In this document: one piece after another, positions 55,614 through 64,000 of the stretch
How the letters are laid out: each line of letters starts with the position of its first letter
Numbering within the stretch: the first letter of the stretch is position 1
Source: Eledone cirrhosa
Lineage: Eukaryota
Reading direction: 5' to 3'
Assembly: GCA_964016885.1 (NCBI GenBank)
Contig: CAXHJY010001738.1
Location: forward strand, 1-64,000
Length of the DNA stretch: 64,000 nucleotides
Translations under genes and position numbers: made by a program
Notes under the pieces: model-generated
Told to the model about the DNA's origin: nothing
Seen by the model: the letters and a program-made list of their open reading frames with translations, nothing else
Database searches by the model: none

Positions 55614-55825
55614 CAAAAAATCGACAAAAATGGCGTGCGTGAAGAAAATCCAAAAATCCAAAAAAAAATTATCATGTGAAAAATTGACAAAAAATCGACA
55701 AAAATGGCGCGCGTGAAAAAAAATCAAAAAAACCCAAAAAGATTTGCATGTGAAAAATTGACAAAAAATCGACCAAAAATGGCGCGCGTGAAAAAAATCC
55801 CAAAAAAATTTGCATGTGAAAATTG
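55555..55825. repeat. A-rich tandem repeat of about 73 bp, about 4 units
   Basis: Recurring GCGCGTGAA...CATGTGAAAAATTGACAAAAAATCGAC. Confidence 0.85.
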
Positions 55826-56292
55826 ATATTTGCCTTCTATTGCATTAGAATTTGTCATGTTTAATTAAAATGTTATTTTCAACTAAATGCAAATGGTGCA
55901 AATTTGCTCCATTTAGATTCAGTTGTTAATGCTCACCTACTAATTTAAAAAAATTGTATTTTCTTAAATGACTCTTATTTATCATAAGTTAATATTTTTA
56001 AGATAGGTGAGTGCTCCACGATCTGACCTATGTCCCCGCCATGTGGAGTGGATGCTTGTACCAATTAGATAAAATATCTCAACTTATTTCTGTGACTCCA
56101 ATGCACAGGCTGACACTGTAGCTTGAATTAAATTCAAAATTGGTACAAGTAACTAAGAGGTCACAAAAGAATAGCTTCACTTTCACCTATAGTTTTCATT
56201 AACATCATTTTTGGGATTTTTTGATAGAAGTAACTAAAGTAATAACTATTTAATTAAGTAGTTGTTGTTTGCATTGCCTTGAAAAATAGGAA

Positions 56293-57409
56293 ACTAGCTA
56301 GAAAAATGCGTACAGCAAAAAAAAGTAATATTGTTGGAACAAACCTTTAAAAATACAGGACAAGGAAGTAAGATAAACCTTTAAAAATACAGGACAAAGA
56401 ACTAAGATAAAACTTTAAAAGAATAGGACAAGGAATATAAATTTTTACAATAATATTAGTGGCAAAAATTTTATTGGAAAAATAGATAATTGATCAAATA
56501 AAAGTGATTTATTTGAGTAACATGAAATTACTTAATGAGAAATATCAATACAATGAAATTGATCCCTGTCTTGTGTTCCTCCTCCAAGTCCGAGTTGTAC
56601 CAACTGGTTCATTGGTTCATGAGGAAGTGGGCCAGGAAAAATGTAGGAAAAGTCATCATGGTTCATTTCTGTTCTTCCCTTCTACTCGAGCCCCCTCAGC
56701 GCCTGCATCCCCCAGCTACAATGACTCCCAAATCAGCAGTCTGTTGCTCCTGCACCAACGCCTCCACCTCCTCCCCCCTCGTCGCCTGCTTCAACTTTCA
56801 TCATTGCTGCGCCAACATGCCCAGTGCTGTCTGGAAGTGGTTCAACGAGTCCGGCGCCGGCTTCACCTGCTTCAAGTGCTCTCCCAGGAAGAAGCACTCT
56901 GCCCTATCCACCTGCCCTTCTACCACTGCCCATGAAGCCAGTCCGGAACCGTCAACCGTGCCTCAAAGTGTCATCGAGGACCAGCAGGATTCCGAGTCGA
57001 ACACGGGCCCATTCACCTTGGTCACTCGCCGTCATCGTCCCAGAGTCAAGACCCGTACCCCTCCTTCTCCCCCTCCAGTTCCTGCTCCGACCCAGTCCGA
57101 GTTGCGCCGGGTCATCCGCGAGGAGTTGGACCGGGAAAGATGACAGACAAGTGATCATGGTTGGAGTGGATGCATGCGGAACATCATAGTTGTAATTGGT
57201 GTAATGATGGAAACTCAATTTTTTACCAATTGAATTTTGCCACTAATATTATTGTAAAAATTTATATTCCTTGTCCTATTCTTTTAAAGTTTTATCTTAG
57301 TTCTTTGTCCTGTATTTTTAAAGGTTTATCTTACTTCCTTGTCCTGTATTTTTAAAGGTTTGTTCCAACAATATTACTTTTTTTTGCTGTACGCATTTTT
57401 CTAGCTAGT
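56293..57409. mobile_element. Fold-back element with 175-bp inverted arms ending ACTAG/CTAGT
   Basis: 56293-56467 is the reverse complement of 57235-57409. Arms contain about 34-bp subrepeats (TTTAAAAATACAGGACAAGGAA). Right end abuts (TA)n. Confidence 0.88.
56700..57172 (+). pseudogene. LINE ORF1-like fragment with a degenerate PHD finger (CR1/L2/Jockey group)
   Basis: CCSC..AC..HHCC..FTCFKC, FTLVTRR, ELRRVIREELDRER, then frameshifted QVIMVGV. GC-rich compared with the flanks. Confidence 0.6.
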
Positions 57410-57569
57410 ATATATATATATGTGTATATATATTATATATATATATATGTGTGTGTGTATGTATTTATATATTTGTTATATGTGTGCATGCCTGTGTGTG
57501 CGTGTGTGCTTGTGTGTGTACGTGTGTAAGTGGGCGCATGTGTGAATGTGCTTGTCGACACCTGGAATA

Positions 57570-58050
57570 TAAATTAGAGAAACTTCACAATAAGGGGAAC
57601 CACCCCAACACTTAGAACCCTTTCTGTCTTTGTCACCCTTATTTCAGCGTTAAAGAATTAGCTTCAAAAGAATTTCCCTTTTCTTTAAACCAATGTCTTA
57701 CAGCCATTGTTAGCCTAAGTGATAAACAAGGATTGGTATTCCAATTTGAATTTGTTTACAATATTTTTTCTGCCTTTGTTAATATTATAGCTTTAAAGAA
57801 TTAGCTTTTAATGAACTCCCTATTCTTTAAATCCAATGACCTCCACCCATCCCAATCCCCACCCACTCCTACCACTAGAAAAGAAAAGATATAAATACCA
57901 CGACATTTACTCGGACAGTCAGCTTCCTGATGATTTCTCACGAATGAAACAGTTCTAGTCCTGTAGAAGCTTTTCTATATTAAAATATTTATACTCTGCT
58001 AGTATTGAGTACCTTACTTACTGTGGTTACCCCCGATTCAACCCGGAATA
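57570..58050 (+). mobile_element. PLE 3' end of a second family
   Basis: 57680-57971 is repeated with divergence at 60140-60464. Ends in a hammerhead and tail. KLEKLH..PTL-like remnant at the 5' side. Confidence 0.7.
57921..57971 (+). ncRNA. Type I hammerhead ribozyme
   Basis: AGCTTC / CTGATGA / tTTC-tcac-GAAt / GAAACAG-ttctagtc-CTGTA / GAAGCT: 6-bp stem I, 4-bp stem III, GUA triplet. The first stem II pair is U-U. Confidence 0.82.
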
Positions 58051-58053
58051 ACT

Positions 58054-58074
58054 TATCTATCTATCTATCTATCT

Positions 58075-58160
<86 letters not shown>
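58054..58160. repeat. (TATC)n joined to (GATA)n microsatellite
   Basis: About 5 TATC units, then about 21 GATA units. Confidence 0.95.
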
Positions 58161-58665
58161 AGGGTCGGCTCAGCTCAAAAGTTCGTAGGCTGACTAAGAT
58201 ACTCTCGTGGAATGACCAAGTCCTTGCAAATAAACAATAAGAAGAGATGAAATTAAAGCATACAAGATTTCCCGGCTCTAGCATCACTCTTTTACCGAGA
58301 TTCGTAGTTTGTTAATATGACTAATTAATATATAGAAGAGAGTGTATGTGGGTGGAGGGCCACGTTGATCGTACGATGCTATATCAGATGAGACTGCTTT
58401 TGAGAGGCAACGGGTGTGGAGTCGTGCAACAACTGCAGCTTGTTTTATACAACCATATTTCCTCGACTTAAATACCACGCAGCCAGCGTATCTAATTGCA
58501 GTGAATGTTTAATTCTTGGAAATCACGAAACGCCCCTACCCTATTTTTCCATTTTTCAATATACTACTGATTTTGATATCTGTAGATTACTAAAAAATTG
58601 ATTAACGATATTCCAAAGATACCATTGCAGGCAGCTGAGAGTATAAATACATTATAGAATTCTCG

Positions 58666-59199
58666 TCACCAAAGATTCCTTTCGATGACATTCAATTTGG
58701 CCAGAAATGTTTTCACAGCATTCCTTGCTTTAAGCAAGGTAAGCTTCTTCCCCTGCAAAGCTAAAATGACGCTATTGCATTTGTCGAAGATGTTGGTGAG
58801 GTAGGCGCAGTCTTGCCTCACATCGAGGGTTTTCTTGTACAGTTCTGTGTTGCGTCCTCGCAGAAACTCAATGATAGAGTCGAAGAGTTCAAAGAAGTGA
58901 GTAAGGCACTTGCCCTTTGAAAGCCACCTCACTTCAGTATGGAGGAGCAACTTGACGAATTCTTCGTCATTATCTTGGCACAGTTGCCGGAAAATTCGTT
59001 CATTGAAGGAATGGCGTTTGATAAAATTGATGACATCAATGGCCACCTGCAAGGACTTGCTCAGCGGCTTGCTGAGTTTCTTCGCAGCCAAGTGTTGTCG
59101 ATGAATGACACAATGAACAGCAAATACAGATAGATTTTCTGTCTTCAGAAGAGTGACGAAGCCCTTATGTTGGCCGACCATTGCTCTTGCGTCGTCCAT
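58666..59199 (-). pseudogene. hAT transposase fragment (Buster/Charlie/SPIN group)
   Basis: DDARAMVG (TDGAxAM-like), HCVIHRQHLAAK (CxxH), LLLHTEVRWLSKG. Truncated on both sides. Confidence 0.9.
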
Positions 59200-59213
59200 A
59201 GCACATGATACAA

Positions 59214-59652
59214 TGTGTGTTGTATGTGGTCCTAGATGTATGTATTACCTGCCTGTGTGTTGTATGTAGTCCTAGATGTATGTATTACCTGCTTATGTAT
59301 TGCATGTGGTCCCAGCTGTATGAATTACCTGCTTGTGTGTTGTATGTGGTCCTAGACGTGTGCATTATCTCCTTATGTGTTACATGTGGTCCTAGATGTA
59401 TGTATTACCTGATTATGTGTTGTATGTGGTCCTAGATGTTTGTATTACCTGCTTATGTGTTGTATGTGTTCCTAGATGTATGTATTACCTGCCTGTGTGT
59501 TTTATGTGGTCCTAGATGTGTGTGTGCTACCTCCTTATGTGTTGCATGTGGTCCTAGATGTGTGTATTACCTGCTGATGTGTTGTATGTGGTCCTAGATG
59601 TTTGTATTATCTGATTATGTGGTGTATGTGATCCTAGATGTGTGTGCTACCC
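59214..59652. repeat. 40-bp minisatellite, about 11 units
   Basis: CCTAGATG-like core at 59231, 59271, 59311, ... 59633. Confidence 0.95.
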
Positions 59653-60139
59653 GCTTCTGTTTTTTCTTTTCTTTTTATTATTTGTAATATTATTTATACA
59701 ATAGGGAATAAAATAGATCTACATAGTGTTAACTCGCTACGATTGAGTCAATAATTTCAGTCATGAAATACATTGTTATCGGTGAAGGAAAGATAAGATT
59801 CTAACTGGCTGCTCTCAAAGTGTCCTTGACCCAGTTGACTGTGGGTTTTTCGATTTTTAAGATCTCAATTACCGGACACGCCTTCACACCTGCTCACATG
59901 TGTGGTCAGACCATAGTTATGCTGCCTGCAAGCTCATTCAAATGCATTCACATTGGCTGTCTCAAATACATACAAATATGGCTTATAAAACTTACCAAAG
60001 TAAAGAGCCTTCCTGCGCCCCCTAGCCCCCCCCTCTCAAGCTCCAACCCCCCTCCTATCGCGACCTTGCTCCCAAACGTCCCTCTGGAGTTCCGAAACAC
60101 CTCCCGGGGTGCATATGCCCCTCTCCCCCGTTGAGAACC

Positions 60140-60464
60140 TTTGCTTTAAACCATTGAACCCCACCCATCCTGTAGACACCTGTCTTACAGGCATTGTTAA
60201 TCTAAGTGATAAACTAGGATTGGTATTCCAAATTTGAATTTGTTTACAGTATTTTTTCTGCCTTTGTTAATATTATAGCTTTAAAGAATTATCTTTTAAT
60301 GAACTCCCTTTTCTTTAAATCCTTCAACCAATGACCTCCACCCATCCCAATCCCCACCCTCTCCTACCACCAGAAAAGAAAGGATATAAATACCACCACT
60401 TACTTGGACAGCCAGGTTCCTGATGATTTCTCACAAATGAAACAGTTCTAGTCCTGTAGAAGCT

Positions 60465-60466
<2 letters not shown>
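60140..60466 (+). mobile_element. Second copy of the PLE 3' end with hammerhead (60414-60464), joined to (TA)n
   Basis: Homologous to 57680-57971; CTGATGA..GAAACAG..CTGTA-GAAGCT with weakened stems I and II. Confidence 0.75.
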
Positions 60467-60563
<97 letters not shown>

Positions 60564-60604
60564 AAAGTAATGTTTTCACTGAAAACATTACTCACCAATG
60601 CCAA

Positions 60605-63261
60605 TGTAGTGACCTACATTCCGCGGGCTCACATACATTCTCTGTGCGTGATTTGGCTCAGTTCAGCCAATCAGCGCCAGTAGAAGAGGATGTATCCCTA
60701 CGCGCCCTGAGGAAGAAATTCACCGCGAAGATTTGAAGAATCTCGCTCTTGTATCAGAAACTTCGAGCCAGCAACACGCATAATGTAACAGTGAGATATT
60801 GCACCACTAGCCTCGCCGGCTTAACGGCGCAATGGCACATTCCATTTTGTAACCTCTTTGTATCTGTAACTTCAACCATATAAATAAACAAACATTTCAT
60901 CTCTAATTACTGCGGTTGAAGTCGTTCTTATGTTACTGGTGTCTCAATAACATCTTTAATCCATGCTGCTGGAATTGGCGACCTGACGAAAGGAATATTG
61001 TAAATAGATGGTAAATAGATCGAGGGACCTTCCCTCACGTCTATGTCAACAAGATAATCCAACGAGGATACTACCACTTACCACACTGGCAACTAACGAC
61101 CACTGATTCTACCACCCTGCTAAAGTGGCGATAACATCTATAACCAATAACTGCTAAAGTGGTGACCGACGTAAGAATTAACGCAGCCCTTCTTATTCAT
61201 TCAGTTGAACTTGCGAAAATCCAGAATATTCCTTTTAAGACTTTTAAAAAATTAGCAGTATTTCAAAAACTTTTTCGCCACGAAGAATTTTCAAGATGGC
61301 TACGCTTGACAACAACAATGATAGCAGCAGCGACAGCGTTGTTTAACCACTGACCAATACAGGGAACAGTGAGTGGCAGCTTCATAACCTTACCGACGCC
61401 AACCACCACACATCGGAAATTTCAAAACGGCTTGTAACTTTACCGACGCAACCACCATACCTTCTGTCTCGTTACCACAGGGACGCGAGAAATTGAGACA
61501 GTAGTTTTCTCACCATTATGGCGTCAGACGTGACTGCCATATTTGGTGACTCTTACTCTACAGAAGATTCTTTGACATTGCTTTAACAATAAGCAACACT
61601 ACCGTGTGGCGGGACGGTAAGATGGCCACGAAATCTCACAAAAACACCATACATCTAACCCCTAACAGCATTAACAAACTTCTTTTTCAGTTTTCAGATA
61701 GAACTAGTGTCTGTACACTGGTGATGTGTGAACTATTTGACTTTGAAAAACTTTGAACTTATTGAGCAATTTCTCTGCTCCCCTAGATTGACTTTGAATT
61801 ATCAGTTTGTTACATTCACATATTTCTTTGTAGAATGCATTTACTTGTTTTGTGCTCTTTTGCTATTTGCTTGCTCATGGTTTTTGTTCATTCACATTCT
61901 TTGCTGTTTTACATGCCTGCATATGCACACATTTTTTTTATCACACACCAACATGTTGTTCTTGGTATATGTTCTTCAAACGTAATATTCTGCGAGTCCC
62001 TTTTCACCTGGTTGAGATGCTGTCACATGCTAGCAGCTCACAGAGCTTAATCCACTGGATTCAAACAGGCACCGCAACACGAGAATACATTGCAGCTGAA
62101 CTCAAACAGCTTCGCATCTCGTTGCACACTGATCGTCCATGACGGCCATCGGTCTTGTTGTTTTTGCCCGACTCGCTGGGAAAGCAACAAATTGAACTGG
62201 ACTTGTCAATATTTCAGCCACTTCTGTGGATTCGCCCGAATTATGGAATTTACACTGCAACCCACCTACAGATTAAACTTGCCTTTTGTTCTTTACAAAG
62301 CAACCAGCCATTTTTTCCTGGCTCCACAGAACATCCGACAATACATCTGGGGGCCATCATTTTCTCGCCAGCACTGGTAAACTACCATAATAGCTTCGTT
62401 CACAGCTACTGGTACAACGCTTACCATTAACATTTAATGCAAGAACAGCAACTTCGCCCATGTCAGACTTTATCCGTTTTTTGTTAGACCTTTGGCGGTC
62501 ACGTATAAACAACAAAACAACTGGTCATTTGACACAGCGGCTCAACACGGCCCGTAGCGCCTAATTTTTTGTTCTTGCATGCAACCTTCTGCTCAATTAT
62601 TTTTTCACTGATGTGCACTTTCAGCATTTGTTCTTGCTGATTTAATAATATGTGGGTCCTTGGTTTCTTCGTTATCGATTTTCGGCTGAAAATCTGGTTG
62701 GAGGTGATGTAGTGACCTACATTCCGCGGGCTCACATACATTCTCTGTGCGTGATTTGGCTCAGTTCAGCCAATCAGCGCCAGTAGAAGAGGATGTATCC
62801 CTACGCGCCCTGAGGAAGAAATTCACCGCGAAGATTTGAAGAATCTCGCTCTTGTACCAGAAACTTCGAGCCAGCAACACGCATAATGTAACAGTGAGAT
62901 ATTGCACCACTAGCCTCGCCGGCTTAACGGCGCAATGGCACATTCCATTTTGTAACCTCTTTGTATCTGTAACTTCAACCATATAAATAAACAAACATTT
63001 CATCTCTAATTACTGCGGTTGAAGTCGTTGTTATGTTACTGGTGTCTCAATAACATCTTTAATCCATGCTGCTGGAATTGGCGACCTGACGAAAGGAATA
63101 TTGTAAATAGATGGTAAATAGATCGAGGGACCTTCCCTCACGTCTATGTCAACAAGATAATCCAACGAGGATACTATCACTTACCACACTGGCAACTAAC
63201 GACCACTGATTCTACCACCCTGCTAAAGTGGCGATAACATCTATAACCAATAACTGCTAAA
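60605..63261 (+). mobile_element. Non-autonomous LTR retrotransposon (Gypsy-like signals), 2657 bp
   Basis: 554-bp LTRs at 60605-61158 and 62708-63261 (3 differences seen); 4-bp TSD CCAA (60601-60604, 63262-63265); PBS after LTR1; short purine-rich GGAGGTGA before LTR2; no long internal ORF. Confidence 0.93.
61160..61172 (+). promoter_or_regulatory. Primer binding site, tRNA-Trp-like
   Basis: TGGTGACCGACGT vs the complement of the tRNA-Trp 3' end, TGGTGACCCCGACGT (2-nt deletion). Confidence 0.7.
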
Positions 63262-64000
63262 CCAAATTACCTAGCACAAACCCACAACCAACTGTCAAAA
63301 AATGTGGTCGCTCTAATTGTGGAACCTGCACTCACCTCATTGAAGGCAACACGTATACATTTAAATCAGGACAAAATTTTGGTGTAAAAAATCACTTCAC
63401 TTGCTCATCAAAAAATCTAATTTATGCCATTAAATGTAAAGGATGCAATGAAGATTATATAGGACAAACTAAACTCACACTTAGAAACAGGATGACGGTT
63501 CATCGCCAACAATTACGAGATCCAACCACGAGACAGATACCACTAAGCGCATATCTAGATATTTGCGCAAGTAATAAGACACCCAAATTCCAAGTCTTCC
63601 AATTTTACCTTTGCGCTGACAATACAACAGAACAAATATGAATAAATAAGGAAAATATGTTTATTCAAAAATATAGACCAGCAATAAATATGGTTTAATA
63701 TACATTATGTCAACACCATAACATGCTAACCACCCAAACAGACACATACACACACACACATAACACCTACTTTAGAAAATAAAAACCCGAACTAAATAAA
63801 CCTTAACATAAGTTTGCACTGACAATACAACAGAACAAATACGAATAAATAGGGAAAATATATTCATTCAAAAATATTTCTACTAACGGAATCATTTTCC
63901 TACACACACACACACACACACAATATATATATTCTCTTCATCTTAACATGCTAACCATACTCCCACACACACCACATAAGACCCCCCCCCCCCACACACA

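Larger units (their letters stand above)
60561..64000 (+). mobile_element. 5'-truncated copy of the 49-53 kb Penelope family, interrupted by an LTR element, running off the right edge
   Basis: 60576-60604 joined to 63266 onward rebuilds 51328 onward (TCACTGAAAACATTACTCACCAATGCCAA|ATTACCTA). GIY-YIG frame intact. Confidence 0.93.

Noticed and set aside
59820-59965. Possible degenerate RTE fragment on the minus strand
   Set aside because: Only faint peptide resemblance with several stops; not supportable without a search.
57680-60464. Direct repeats as LTRs of one element
   Set aside because: Copies are diverged, with no TG..CA ends, PBS or TSD; the interior is a mix of unrelated fragments. 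Two PLE ends fit better.
61159-62707. gag/pol genes inside the LTR element
   Set aside because: Only short ORFs, with no protease, RT or integrase motif I can recognise.

Overview
Eukaryotic, AT-rich and microsatellite-rich DNA with no host gene recognisable; the SINE and LINE tail motifs look molluscan, probably octopus (recall, not a search). Bases 1-40912 are one uninterrupted 54-bp tandem array of about 757 units. The 11,163-aa ORF over it is most likely a by-product of the repeat. Main observation: read on the + strand, each 54-nt monomer is almost entirely a type I hammerhead ribozyme core (ACGU / CUGAAGA / stem II / GAAA / palindromic stem III / AUA cleavage triplet / next ACGU). The array stops at the predicted cleavage site and runs into a Penelope-like tail. 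Bases 40.9-64 kb hold nested mobile elements: Penelope-like elements (PLEs) of several families with their own hammerheads, many fold-back insertions at (TA)n tracts, RTE, R4/Dong and CRE LINE fragments, a hAT transposase fragment and MITE, two CTAG-ended fold-back elements, minisatellites, and a young non-autonomous LTR element inserted in a PLE. All folds, counts and family calls were made by eye.
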